Below are positions 30,205 through 40,638 of a DNA stretch of 64,000 nt, piece by piece. Source of the stretch: Promethearchaeati archaeon (GTDB taxonomy: Archaea > Asgardarchaeota > Heimdallarchaeia > Heimdallarchaeales > Heimdallarchaeaceae). Position 1 is the stretch's first letter. Each line of letters opens with the position of its first letter. The notes under the pieces were generated by a model. The model made no database searches. It worked only from the letters and a program-made list of their open reading frames with translations, and was not told where the DNA came from. Location: the NCBI GenBank assembly GCA_013166775.1, contig JABLTJ010000006.1, positions 1 through 64,000 of the forward strand, in the 5' to 3' direction. Position numbers and translations under genes: made by a program.

Positions 30205-30927
30205 TTAAATGAAATACTTTTTGTTTTTACTTTTTCTCTTCAATTGAATTAAAAAGGATATAACCAATAAGGAAATAATTACGAAACTAGAACTGAATTT
30301 GACTTCTCTGGAGTAATAATCTGTTTTATCTCCCCATTCAATTCCTATCTCTACACCCTCCTCTGTTATATTCATAAAAGCATGAGAAACTATAGTTGGA
30401 TAATATACATCAGAATAATTGATGTCTATCCAGATTGTGTAGAAACCAATTGGAAGTTCTTCTTCTTTATACGAATCTATACTAAAATAGACCTTAATTT
30501 TTTGGTTTGTTTTTATACCAGGTTCAAATGATTGAGAGCACACCATTGCAACAAACTAATGATCATATAAGATTCGTAATCCTTCATCTTCAAATGATGC
30601 ATTGATATGGTAAAAAGGTAGATTATAACAATTTGCCATCAAAATAGAAATAGTTTCATCATTTGGATTTTCAAGCTCATATTTCACATCCAAACTATAT
30701 CTAATATAAAAATTAATAGTATCATCCTCATCATGTACTGACACTATTGGAGGATAAGATAGCGCTAATATTCTTATCTCAAGAGGAAGAAGTGATTGAC
30801 CATTTAAGCAGTAAATAGGATTCAAGCAGATAAAGAATACTGTAATAAATAGAAGAATCTTCCACTTATTCGAAGCCAAGACAATCAGTAGATTTATGGT
30901 AAAAACATTAATTAAAGTTCTTCTCAC
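30205..30927 (-). pseudogene. Secreted, C-terminally anchored protein interrupted by a single in-frame TAG (30556-30558)
   Basis: ORFs 30556-30927 and 30205-30546 are in the same frame (CAT TAG TTT GTT GCA ATG); the first carries a signal-like N-terminus and the second a TM plus basic tail. Confidence 0.65.
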
Positions 30928-31066
30928 TTATCGATGATTTTCTGGTGTCTATTTTCCTCATTTTGAAACAATCCGACTATAAAGACCTATATATCTTAAT
31001 TGAAAATTTCATTTCAAGAGTAATGCAAGTTTAAATAAATTTTTAAAAGAAAGATTTACATCTCTC

Positions 31067-32107
31067 ATGAATCTAATGACTGAATCTACGTTACATGAAG
31101 CTGAATTCTATGAATTAATAGATTATGATGAGCAAATAGTATGTTGCCACTTATGTCCTCATGAATGTAAATTAGAATCAGGGGAAAGGGGAATCTGTAA
31201 AGCTCGAAAGAACATTTTTGGAAAGCTATACAACCTAAATTATGGTTTTACAGAAATGAGAATAGATTTGATAGAAAAACAGCATGTTTATCATTTTTTC
31301 CCAAATTCAAGAGCGCAAACATTCGTAACATTCAATTGTAATCTTGACTGCGATTTCTGTACTGATCCTCTAAAATCCTTCATAGATCCAGAGAAGAATC
31401 CTGCAAAAAAACTTTCACCAGATCAAGCAATTATGTTTGGAATGGCTTCAGGTTCAAAGGTAATATGTTTCGGAGAATCTGAACCTCTTATCTCGTATGA
31501 ATGGGTAAGAGATACTGCAAAATTAGCAAAGGAAAGAGGTTTGAAAGTACTATTAAGAACAAATGGTTATTTCAAAGAAGCTCCTTTGAGAGAAATTTTA
31601 AGATTTGTTGATGCTGTTAAAATCGATATTAAAGCTACTAATAATGAAGGTTATATCAGATTATGTGGTGGTGGAAATTTCGAACATGTCAAAAACTCAA
31701 TTAAGATTATTCATGAAATGGAGAAACTGATTGAATTATCAATAGTAATCCACGATACTTTTAATAATGCTGAGGAGTCAGTAAGAAAATTATCTGACTG
31801 GATAAAGACTGAACTCTCACCAGGTGTTCCATTACACTTATCAAGATTAAAACCTGCTCATAGAACAAAACATCTACTTCCTACTTCACTTGAATTATTG
31901 GAAAAAACTTACAATATAGCAAAAGAAATGGGATTACAGTTTGTTTATCTAGATGATGTTCCTGATCATGATTCAGGAAATACATACTGTCCTCAATGTG
32001 GAGAATTATTAATCAAAAGAACTTCAATCGGAACTGAAGCAAGAAGAATATCTTTACAAGGCCACTGCAATAAATGTCAATCTCCTTTGAAGATAATAAT
32101 GTCATAG
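31067..32107 (+). CDS. AmmeMemoRadiSam-like radical SAM paralogue
   Basis: CHLCPHEC, IEK, CNLDCDFC, TYCPQCG and CNKC motifs. Confidence 0.85.
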   Translation: MNLMTESTLHEAEFYELIDYDEQIVCCHLCPHECKLESGERGICKARKNIFGKLYNLNYGFTEMRIDLIEKQHVYHFFPNSRAQTFVTFNCNLDCDFCTDPLKSFIDPEKNPAKKLSPDQAIMFGMASGSKVICFGESEPLISYEWVRDTAKLAKERGLKVLLRTNGYFKEAPLREILRFVDAVKIDIKATNNEGYIRLCGGGNFEHVKNSIKIIHEMEKLIELSIVIHDTFNNAEESVRKLSDWIKTELSPGVPLHLSRLKPAHRTKHLLPTSLELLEKTYNIAKEMGLQFVYLDDVPDHDSGNTYCPQCGELLIKRTSIGTEARRISLQGHCNKCQSPLKIIMS

Positions 32108-32112
32108 GAGTA

Positions 32113-32433
32113 CTAAATTATATTCTCAATGTCAAAATCTACAATTGTTATGTTAAGATGACTTTCTAGTGATTCTGTTACAAGATCAATAAATCTATTA
32201 ATATCCTCAGAGCCATCTCTGAATGATACTCTAAATCGTAAAACTATTTCTAACCAATCCTCGTGAAAGTAATTAGTCTCTAAATGAGGTTGTCTTTTTG
32301 GTTCTTTTTCATTAAGTTCTCTTTGAACAAGATTTAGGTGAATATCAAAATCTCCGAAATCTTCATACTGATCCTCATCATTTGGCTGAGCAGTGATTCC
32401 ACAGTAATAATGGTAAAAACCAGCAGAAGTCAT
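32113..32433 (-). CDS. Hypothetical acidic protein
   Basis: Clean ORF directly downstream of lonB. Confidence 0.6.
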   Translation of the reverse strand: MTSAGFYHYYCGITAQPNDEDQYEDFGDFDIHLNLVQRELNEKEPKRQPHLETNYFHEDWLEIVLRFRVSFRDGSEDINRFIDLVTESLESHLNITIVDFDIENII

Positions 32434-32452
32434 GATAACATCACTTTTAGTA

Positions 32453-34411
32453 TCACTTAGCTTTAGCTTTCTTAATCTTCTCTTTATTCCCTTTTGAAAT
32501 AGAAGATTCTAAAGCAAGTGCCTCATATTTATCAGCAACATAACTATAATCAGGAGAAAGAGCCTCACGCAGAACTTCATGGAAATTTCGAACAGGAATA
32601 ATCTCTACTTTACCTTTATACTTCTCTTCAATCTTTACATCTTCAATATTCTGAAAAGGAATTATAATGCGTTTGATTCCTGCTTCAGCAGCAGCTTCTA
32701 TTTTGGCTGTAGCACCTCCAATAGGTATAACCACTCCTCTAACTGTTAAGCTTCCAGTCATTGCTGTATCTTGTCTTATTGGTGCATTTTCCATTGCTGA
32801 AATTATTGCTGCAGCTATTGAAACAGATGCAGAATCACCTTCGACTCCTGCATAAGCACCTACAAATTGGATATGGTAATCGTAATCAGAAATATCTTTG
32901 CCCACATACTTTTTGACTATAGCAGAAACATTTTGCACAGCTTCTCTAGCAACTATTCGCAGTTGACCAGTTGCAACAATTTTTCCTTCTCTTCTACTAA
33001 ATGCTGGTACAACTTCAGCTTCAATAGGCATGACTATACCAGATCGCTGATTTATGACTGCTAATCCATTTACTCTTCCTGCTAAAACATTTTCAGTTTC
33101 AAATATTTTGTAGAGTTTTCTATCATCTGCATAAGAATCACTTATTTGATTTTCAAGTGTTCTTGCGAGAGTTTTTGCTAATCTAACTGTTTCAACAGTA
33201 ACTAGAGGTTCATTCTTTTCTTTTGAAAGATCACCTGCTGCACGAATTAAACCTCCAAGTTCTCTTAACCTTAGAGTAAGCTGGTATTTTCTATCTGCTC
33301 TTCTTTGTGCTTCATAAATGATTTCCTCAACAGCTTCATATGTGAAATGAGGTATTCTTCTATCCTTGACAATCTCCTGTGCACAAAATCTTGCTAGCTT
33401 TCTTCTGTTTTCAAGAGTATCTGGCATTGTATCTTTCATATAAACTTCATAACCAGAGCCTTGGATTCTCGATCGCAAAGCTGGATGCATATTCCTGGTT
33501 GTTTCAATATTTCCAGCTGCGATTAAAACAAATTTGCATGGTACTGGTTCTGTTCTAACCATTGCCCCACTACTAAGTTCTGATTGACCTGTAATTTGTA
33601 ATTTTCCTTCTTGCATCGCAGTTAGAAGTTTTTGTTGAGTACGCATTTCAAGTGTTCCGATTTCATCAGAGTATAAGACTCCTAAATTTGATTTATGAAT
33701 TAATCCAGCTTCGACTCTTTCATGTGGAGGAGTACCTAGTCCCCCGCTTTGAAAGGGATCATGTCGAACATCACCTAACAATGCTCCCGCATGACTCCCT
33801 GTTGCATCATTAAATGGAGCTGTATCTTTCTTACTACTATCCACTAATAATTTAGGAATTAACATCTCAGTTCTCCCTCTTGATTGATTGAGCATGAAGA
33901 AGATAAAGAAACCTACAAACATCGCCATCAATAGGGTTTGAGGTTGCACAGCAGGATTTCCGGCTGTAGCGATTAATGCATATCCAATAATTGCCAGTAG
34001 TATTGCCAATGAAATAATAAATCGTTTATTTCCACTTTTTCTTGCAACCTCTGCATCCATTTCTACTTTTCTAGCTCCATGTCCTGCAGGTAATGTTGCA
34101 ACTCTAGGTTGATTAGGATATTTTGGATTAGGGATACATAAAACATCAACTAATTCTTCCTTAGGAAGAAGCTCAGCCATAGCTTGTCCAAGCATACTCT
34201 TTCCTGTTCCAGGCTCACCGATTAACAGAACATGACGGCGTTGTAGAGCAGCTTTCTTTATTATTTCCACAGAATTATCTTGACCAATAACTTGATCAAT
34301 TAAACGAGGAGGTACTGAGATTTCACTAGTATCATTAAACTCAATGTCTAATAATGAATCTCTTTTGGCTTTTTTTTTAGTAGCCTCTTTTGCTTCACCC
34401 ATGCCTACCAC
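32453..34411 (-). CDS. lonB: Archaeal membrane-anchored Lon protease
   Basis: GEPGTGKS, TM insertion, LLGDVRHDP, EGDSAS (catalytic Ser) and AKIEAA (catalytic Lys). Confidence 0.96.
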   Translation of the reverse strand: MVGMGEAKEATKKKAKRDSLLDIEFNDTSEISVPPRLIDQVIGQDNSVEIIKKAALQRRHVLLIGEPGTGKSMLGQAMAELLPKEELVDVLCIPNPKYPNQPRVATLPAGHGARKVEMDAEVARKSGNKRFIISLAILLAIIGYALIATAGNPAVQPQTLLMAMFVGFFIFFMLNQSRGRTEMLIPKLLVDSSKKDTAPFNDATGSHAGALLGDVRHDPFQSGGLGTPPHERVEAGLIHKSNLGVLYSDEIGTLEMRTQQKLLTAMQEGKLQITGQSELSSGAMVRTEPVPCKFVLIAAGNIETTRNMHPALRSRIQGSGYEVYMKDTMPDTLENRRKLARFCAQEIVKDRRIPHFTYEAVEEIIYEAQRRADRKYQLTLRLRELGGLIRAAGDLSKEKNEPLVTVETVRLAKTLARTLENQISDSYADDRKLYKIFETENVLAGRVNGLAVINQRSGIVMPIEAEVVPAFSRREGKIVATGQLRIVAREAVQNVSAIVKKYVGKDISDYDYHIQFVGAYAGVEGDSASVSIAAAIISAMENAPIRQDTAMTGSLTVRGVVIPIGGATAKIEAAAEAGIKRIIIPFQNIEDVKIEEKYKGKVEIIPVRNFHEVLREALSPDYSYVADKYEALALESSISKGNKEKIKKAKAK

Positions 34412-34563
34412 AAATAGAAATACTATATTTTCAATAGTTATGACATTTCTGCGTTAATAAAGATATGTTTTTGGTCAAATTTTTATCTGTTTTGATTATA
34501 AATTTTATATATTTGACATATAAAAAGTTTAAATTCTGAAAGATTTTATATGTATATGTAGAA

Positions 34564-35454
34564 ATGAAAATTCTTCCAGGACCAGCTTCAAAAGAACTAG
34601 GTGAAAGAATAGCTAAATTACTAAAATTACCTCTTCTAGATCTCAATTCTAAGTATTTCAGTGATGGGGAAACATACTTGCAGATTGTTGGTGATGTACT
34701 AAATGAAGAGATAGCTATAGTTCAAACTACAGCTCCACCTCAAGAGAAAAGGTTGATGGAAATTCTTCTACTAGCATCTACGCTAAAGGAGATGGGAGCT
34801 AGTAAAGTAATCGCAATTGTTCCATACTTGTGTTATGCAAGATCAGATAGAAGAAGAAAAGATGGTGAAGTTGTTTCTCATGAAATAACAATGAATCTTT
34901 TTTATAATTCTGGAATAGATACTCTAATAACTATAAATGCACATAATTCAGAAATATTTCTTGAAACTGCTCCTAATATGGAGAAATTTGATTTGAATAT
35001 AATTCCATTTTTAGCAAAGGAAATTAAGAAATATAAAGACAAAGAATGGCTAATAATAGGTCCTGATTCAGGAAGTATAAAAGATATAGAACTAACCTCA
35101 AGGATCCTAAATCTCCCCTATATAACATTAGAAAAATATCGCGATCCAGATACTCATAAAATTTCGATTAAAGATGCAGAGATTGATTGTAAAGACAAGG
35201 ATGTTCTTCTCCTAGACGATATAATCTCTTCAGGAGGTACTGCAATAGACGCTATTAAACTAATATTAAAAAATAAGCCTTCAAGCTTGATTTTCTTCTG
35301 CATTCACAATCTAGCATCAGAAGAAGTGATCAACGAAATTAAAGGATTAGGAGTAAATGAAATCATATCATCAAATACAGTTGAAAGGGATGATATTGAA
35401 ACTATAGATATTGCTAATTCTATTACAGATTTACTTGAGGAAAAATATCTATGA
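34564..35454 (+). CDS. prs: Ribose-phosphate pyrophosphokinase
   Basis: FSDGE, PYLCYARSDR, GPD.G and DDIISSGGT motifs. Confidence 0.92.
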   Translation: MKILPGPASKELGERIAKLLKLPLLDLNSKYFSDGETYLQIVGDVLNEEIAIVQTTAPPQEKRLMEILLLASTLKEMGASKVIAIVPYLCYARSDRRRKDGEVVSHEITMNLFYNSGIDTLITINAHNSEIFLETAPNMEKFDLNIIPFLAKEIKKYKDKEWLIIGPDSGSIKDIELTSRILNLPYITLEKYRDPDTHKISIKDAEIDCKDKDVLLLDDIISSGGTAIDAIKLILKNKPSSLIFFCIHNLASEEVINEIKGLGVNEIISSNTVERDDIETIDIANSITDLLEEKYL

Positions 35455-36476
35455 ATAAATATCTAGCATACATTCGAGGTCAGTTTTTACCTTTAGGATA
35501 TGAAGAGTTTTTTGCTTGTATGGAAGCTGAGAATATAAAATATCGAACAGAATTCTCTGAAAATCAAATTATATTGTTAGAAAGTGCTGGTAATCCTTCA
35601 AAAGCTGCATCTAGGTGTGCATTTTTACACTCGTTATTGAAAGTTGTAGCTATAGGAAATGTAGATGAATCAATCTCTATCACAAATGATTATAGACTCG
35701 ATGAAATTGAAAAAAATAAATCCTTTTGTGTAAGAGCAAATCGAATAGGAAAAAAACAAACTCGGATTTCAAGAGTGGAAATTGAAAGAGATTTGGGTAG
35801 TCATATCTATAAGAAATTTGAAAACAAATATTTGAATGTAAATCTCACCAATCCTGATTATCAATTTTATGCGATTATTCATAACAAAAAATTCTATCTG
35901 GGTTTAAAGCTATGGAGTGTGGATAGAGAGACCTACCGAAAGAGAGAACCAAGTCAACGTCCATCATTTAGACCTGGTTCAATGAAAACAGATTTCGCTA
36001 GAGCTTTGGTGAACTTGTCGAGAGTAAGAGAAGGAGATATCTTCTACGATCCCTTTTGTGGTGGAGGAGGATTCCTTATTGAATCATCAATTCTAGGAGC
36101 TTATTCTCTGGGATCTGATATATCAGCAGAAGCAGTTTTGAGTGCTGCAAAAAACCTAAAAAAATTCTCTGAAGGGGATTTTGCTATTATCAGAAGTGAT
36201 TCAAGAAAATCCATAATTAGAAAAGCTGATGCAATAGCAACAGATCCACCTTATGCTATTCAATCCTCCACTCATGGAAAGCAAGTAAAAGATCTACTAC
36301 ATGATTTTCTACTCGAATCAAAAACAATATTAGAACCAGGAAGATACTTAGTATTTGGTTCTCCTAAGAGGATAGAACCTGAAAAAATAGTTAAAAAGGT
36401 AGGGTATGAGATAGTTTCTATGATTGATGCGAGGATTCATAAATCCCTAACTAGAAGAATTATGGTTGTAAAGTGA
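35451..36476 (+). CDS. trm11: THUMP-domain tRNA m2G10 methyltransferase (Trm11/TrmG10)
   Basis: VNLTNPD, RPSFRPGSM...ARALVNL, DPFCGGGG, TDPPY and IHKSLTR motifs. Confidence 0.88.
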   Translation: MNKYLAYIRGQFLPLGYEEFFACMEAENIKYRTEFSENQIILLESAGNPSKAASRCAFLHSLLKVVAIGNVDESISITNDYRLDEIEKNKSFCVRANRIGKKQTRISRVEIERDLGSHIYKKFENKYLNVNLTNPDYQFYAIIHNKKFYLGLKLWSVDRETYRKREPSQRPSFRPGSMKTDFARALVNLSRVREGDIFYDPFCGGGGFLIESSILGAYSLGSDISAEAVLSAAKNLKKFSEGDFAIIRSDSRKSIIRKADAIATDPPYAIQSSTHGKQVKDLLHDFLLESKTILEPGRYLVFGSPKRIEPEKIVKKVGYEIVSMIDARIHKSLTRRIMVVK

Positions 36477-36480
36477 TGCA

Positions 36481-37404
36481 ATGTCAGATAAAATGATTAT
36501 TACCTTTTTAGGAACTTCATCTGCTCCACCCCAAGCAGATAGAAGTCAGAGCTCAATGTCCTTAAAATATAGAAGGCACAATCTTTTATTTGATGTTGGT
36601 GAAGGGACACAATTTCAAATGGTGAAGAATAAAATTAGTATGAAGAATCTGACAATATTACTCACACATTTGCACTCAGATCATACTTTAGGATTGATTG
36701 GATTACTAACAACAAGAGATTTCTATAGCATTTCTTCTCCTGTTACTATAATTGGACCTCCATGGACTAGCTCGTTTGTTTTCTTACAGCTTTTAGCTTA
36801 TAGGTTAGAACCAGATTATGAAATTAAAATAATAGAAACTGAGGGAGGAATAGTAACATCAAATGATGACTTTTACATAGAATCCTTTAAAGTATCTCAC
36901 TCAGAAAATAGTTTCGGCTATAAAATTGAAACCCATAAACCCTTAGGAGTATTCAATGTAGAAAAAGCTGAAGAGAAAGAAATTCAGAAAGGAAAGCTAT
37001 GGAACAGAATTCAAAACGGTTTTCCCATAGAGATAGATGGAAAAATAATCTACCCTTCGGAAATTATGGATGATTCTCAAGCTAAGCAATTTAAAGTTGT
37101 AATTACTGGAGATACTAATATCTGTCAAAGTGTAATTAATAAGGCTTCTGAGGCAGATTTGTTAATACATGATGCAACTTATCCTCATACTGAAGAAAGA
37201 AGAGCAAAAAAATATCTGCACTCTACCTGTGTTGATGCTGCAAGAGTTGCTAAATTTTCTAATGTAAAGAAATTGGTGATGACCCATATTTCTACTCTGC
37301 ACGAGAATTTGAATGAATCTTTAGAATCAACTCAAAAAATTTTTCCTAATTCAGTTTTCGCGGAAGATGGTTTAAGGATTATTTTAGATCCTAAAGATTA
37401 TTGA
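36481..37404 (+). CDS. rnz: Ribonuclease Z
   Basis: FLGT, DVGEGTQ, THLHSDH, TGDT, HDATY, HST and THIS motifs. Confidence 0.93.
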   Translation: MSDKMIITFLGTSSAPPQADRSQSSMSLKYRRHNLLFDVGEGTQFQMVKNKISMKNLTILLTHLHSDHTLGLIGLLTTRDFYSISSPVTIIGPPWTSSFVFLQLLAYRLEPDYEIKIIETEGGIVTSNDDFYIESFKVSHSENSFGYKIETHKPLGVFNVEKAEEKEIQKGKLWNRIQNGFPIEIDGKIIYPSEIMDDSQAKQFKVVITGDTNICQSVINKASEADLLIHDATYPHTEERRAKKYLHSTCVDAARVAKFSNVKKLVMTHISTLHENLNESLESTQKIFPNSVFAEDGLRIILDPKDY

Positions 37405-37840
37405 TTTCATTAAATTCTATTCTTCTTGTTTCTCTACCCTCTACTGTTTGGGGTGCAAGCCAATCTAGGATCTTTTCTGGATTTTTCCCCTTAATTGATA
37501 GTTCAACGTTTCCTAACGGAGATGATGTATCAGCTGTAATGACAGCAAATTTTTTTGCAAAAAGTGCTTGTTTATGAAAATTTAAAACAACGCTATTTCT
37601 TTTGAAATCTAATATTGCACAGTATCTAACAGCATCCAAGATTTCCACTTTCCTGATGTAGTTAAAGAACTTCTCAAGTCCAGATATAGGTAGATTTTGA
37701 GCTTCTAGTAAGGTGTTATTCAAGATTTTTCTTTCTTCGAATTCAGGAATTACACCAAGAAGATTGCTAATGCAAATCTTAATCTTCTCTTTATTTTCTG
37801 TTGAAAAAAGAGGAACTGAAATTGCTAAAGAAGCACACAT
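37391..37840 (-). CDS. UPF0201/DUF54 RNA-binding protein
   Basis: TE..EK, ILDAVR, HKQA, SPLG and WLAP.T motifs. Confidence 0.82.
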   Translation of the reverse strand: MCASLAISVPLFSTENKEKIKICISNLLGVIPEFEERKILNNTLLEAQNLPISGLEKFFNYIRKVEILDAVRYCAILDFKRNSVVLNFHKQALFAKKFAVITADTSSPLGNVELSIKGKNPEKILDWLAPQTVEGRETRRIEFNEINNL

Positions 37841-38418
37841 TATTCTTCACCTTTTTCTAATTCATTCAAAAGATCTAATGAAGAATCTCTAAATTCATCT
37901 AGAGTTCTATTATTAAGGATAATATAGTTTGAGAAGGCAATAGTCTCTCCTAATCCTAGTTTCAGTTCAGATTCATCTCTTTTCTTAAAATCCTCCTCTG
38001 TTTGTGGAGCGTCCTTTCTCCCCCTTAATCTCAATCTTTCATATCTCAAAGTGGGATCCACATGTATTGCTACTATAACAAATTCGTCATTAAGATGATT
38101 CTTAAAATGATCAACTTCAGCTTGACTTCTGATTCCATCAATAATTATTCGATGATTTTCCTCTTCTATCAATTTATCAGTTGCTTTGCAGGTTAGATGT
38201 GCGACTGCATCTTCACCCATTTTTTCTCTGACTTGAACCATTACTCTTTGAGTATTATTGGGAGTAGGTTCAAATCCTTCTTCAATAACCTTCGCTCGAA
38301 TTACATCTCCCATAATGACAGTTTTGTAGCCTTTTTGAGCAGCATACTGTGCAAATAAGCTTTTCCCAGAACCAGGCATACCTGTTACTCCAATCACTCT
38401 AGTAATTCGATTTGTCAT
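37840..38418 (-). CDS. UPF0200 P-loop nucleotide kinase (dephospho-CoA kinase-like)
   Basis: GMPGSGKS, MGDVIR, DGIRS..E, RGRKD and RD..EL.LG motifs; start at ATG 38418. Confidence 0.88.
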   Translation of the reverse strand: MTNRITRVIGVTGMPGSGKSLFAQYAAQKGYKTVIMGDVIRAKVIEEGFEPTPNNTQRVMVQVREKMGEDAVAHLTCKATDKLIEEENHRIIIDGIRSQAEVDHFKNHLNDEFVIVAIHVDPTLRYERLRLRGRKDAPQTEEDFKKRDESELKLGLGETIAFSNYIILNNRTLDEFRDSSLDLLNELEKGEE

Positions 38419-38521
38419 CAAGTTCAAAGAGGAAATGAAGATTACAGTTAAAAGTTTTGTTAATTGATTAATTTTCTTACATGAATAAAAATTTATAAAA
38501 TATGAAAAAAACCAATAAATA

Positions 38522-39082
38522 ATGGTTCGTGCATTTATCTCCGTGGATTTCACTGATAAGAGTATTAAAGAGAAAATAAAAGATTTACAGGATGAAATCA
38601 GTTCTTCTGGAGCACATTTGAGAATAGTTAATCCAAGTAATTTACACATTACTTTAGAATTTCTAGGAGATATTACTGAGGATCAAGTTGCAGTATTAAA
38701 AGAAATTCTTGAAGAGCTGGAATTTGATTTAATTAAACTGAATGTAAAAAATCCTAATGTACTACCTAATGAGAACCATATCAGAGTAATCTATTGTGAA
38801 CTAGACGGAGATATCGAACCACTCAAAGAAATACAGAAAATTCTTAGAGAGAAACTTCGAACAAACGGTTTCAGAGTTGATAATCGCTCCTTTAAACCAC
38901 ATTTAACAATAGCAAGGGTGAAATCTGCTAAGAATAGAAAAGAATTAATTAGAGTTATTAAACAACAATCTAAAGTATCTTGTGGAATTCAAGAAATAAA
39001 TACAATAAATTTAAAAAAATCTATATTAAAACCAGAAGGACCTCAATATACGAAATTGCATGAAATTCAGGCAAGAAAATAG
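38522..39082 (+). CDS. thpR: RNA 2',3'-cyclic phosphodiesterase (2'-5' RNA ligase family)
   Basis: Two HxT motifs (HITLEFLG, PHLTIAR). Confidence 0.93.
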   Translation: MVRAFISVDFTDKSIKEKIKDLQDEISSSGAHLRIVNPSNLHITLEFLGDITEDQVAVLKEILEELEFDLIKLNVKNPNVLPNENHIRVIYCELDGDIEPLKEIQKILREKLRTNGFRVDNRSFKPHLTIARVKSAKNRKELIRVIKQQSKVSCGIQEINTINLKKSILKPEGPQYTKLHEIQARK

Positions 39083-39100
39083 AATAAGAAAAGTGATAAA

Positions 39101-40612
39101 ATGAGCAAATCTAATACTTCAGATCTAACTAGAAAGAAAGAGGTTCTTAATCATGAAGAAGTAGAAAAAAAAGTACTTGAAGTAATTCAAGTTCAATGGG
39201 AACAGCATGAAATACAAAGAGAACTTTTGTCAATCCTAAGTGAAAAAATTCAGATGGATTTGAATTCTCTTGGTTATATCGGAAGAGTAGAAACTCAGGG
39301 CTCATTTATTCGTAAAACCTATCTAAGTGAAGACGAAACTTTTGATTTGCTTCTGATTCTATCAAGATCAGAGAAAGCAAAAGTCCATCAAATTTTAGAT
39401 GCTTTGGTTCAAAGACTGAGAAAAGATAGAGTTAAGAAGCAGTTAATCAGTGTTGAAAAACATACTGGTAAGATGCCATACTTACGGATTATAATTGATG
39501 ACGAATTCATTAATCTGTTTGTAGGATTTGAAGTATTGCCCGGAGAAGAAACCATTTCCATTTTCGATTTAATCCCAATGCACACACAATATATTCTAAC
39601 CCATATGAAAGAAGAAACAAGACAAGAAGTCCTCCTATTCAAGAAATTCGTAAAAGCGATAGGTGTATACAGGAGTGAAATTGGAGCCATTGGATTCAAC
39701 GGATATCTTTGTGAGTTATTGATAATCTTCTACGGTACTTTTATAAAAGCAATTGAAGCAATAAGAAATTGGAAACCTAGAACCATTATTGATCCTAAGA
39801 AAAATCAAGAAAAAACTGAGGACGTTGATTTTCTTACAAGTGAACTTCTAGTAGGATATTATCCATTGTATGTTTTAGATCCACTTAATCCAAAAGATAA
39901 TGTAGCTGCAAGTGTTTCAGTAGATCAATATAATTCAATTATTGCAGCTGCAAATATTTACTTCTACAATCCTTTAATCAGCTTTTTTGAGGATCAATTG
40001 TGCGAAGCTCCACCCTTTGATGAATTAGTACGAAAGATAATTAATTCAGGAAGAGAAATAGTAGTTTTAGTAATAAACAGAGATTTTAAAGAGTCTGAAG
40101 TGTGCTGGCAAAAAGCAATAAGTATAAGATCGTCATTTGAAACTGAATTAAGGAACAACAATTACTTGCTTGAGAGAATAAAGCCTTTTGTCTCCGATGA
40201 ATACTTTGGGGTCTTTGTAAGTTTAATGGCTGCTAATCCACAAATTTCTTTAAGAAGAGAAGGACCTGAAATTACATCAAGAGAATCACTAAGATTCCTT
40301 AGACGATATTCTAAACATGCAGATGTAGTAGCTGGACCTTTTATTGATAATGATAAGTGGGTTATTCACTTTACTAAAAAAGGTCAAATAATACGTGATT
40401 TCCTTCAAAATCTTGTAAAGAAGAATACATTTGTTCTAAATGTAGATTCCTTTCTTAAAATAGAAATTAAAGAAAAAATGTCTGTTTTAAGCTTAGATGA
40501 AAAGCTAAGAGAAATGTATGAAATAGATGAAACTTTCTCTGAAAATCTCTTCTTATTTATCGAACGGAAACCTCTGTGGATATGTAGTTTAAAGGATGCT
40601 GATATATTTTAA
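39101..40612 (+). CDS. cca: Class I CCA-adding enzyme homologue with degenerate catalytic motifs
   Basis: GS..R.TYL, GFNGYLCELLIIFYG.F and DP.NPKDNVAASVS; thpR-cca synteny; catalytic carboxylates altered. Confidence 0.85.
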   Translation: MSKSNTSDLTRKKEVLNHEEVEKKVLEVIQVQWEQHEIQRELLSILSEKIQMDLNSLGYIGRVETQGSFIRKTYLSEDETFDLLLILSRSEKAKVHQILDALVQRLRKDRVKKQLISVEKHTGKMPYLRIIIDDEFINLFVGFEVLPGEETISIFDLIPMHTQYILTHMKEETRQEVLLFKKFVKAIGVYRSEIGAIGFNGYLCELLIIFYGTFIKAIEAIRNWKPRTIIDPKKNQEKTEDVDFLTSELLVGYYPLYVLDPLNPKDNVAASVSVDQYNSIIAAANIYFYNPLISFFEDQLCEAPPFDELVRKIINSGREIVVLVINRDFKESEVCWQKAISIRSSFETELRNNNYLLERIKPFVSDEYFGVFVSLMAANPQISLRREGPEITSRESLRFLRRYSKHADVVAGPFIDNDKWVIHFTKKGQIIRDFLQNLVKKNTFVLNVDSFLKIEIKEKMSVLSLDEKLREMYEIDETFSENLFLFIERKPLWICSLKDADIF

Positions 40613-40638
40613 AAATAAAAAAAGAAAAAAGAATGAAA

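Noticed and set aside
30556-30558. Genome-wide TAG reassignment
   Set aside because: TAG terminates numerous intact genes here (e.g. at 9008, 21693, 39082 and 63725)
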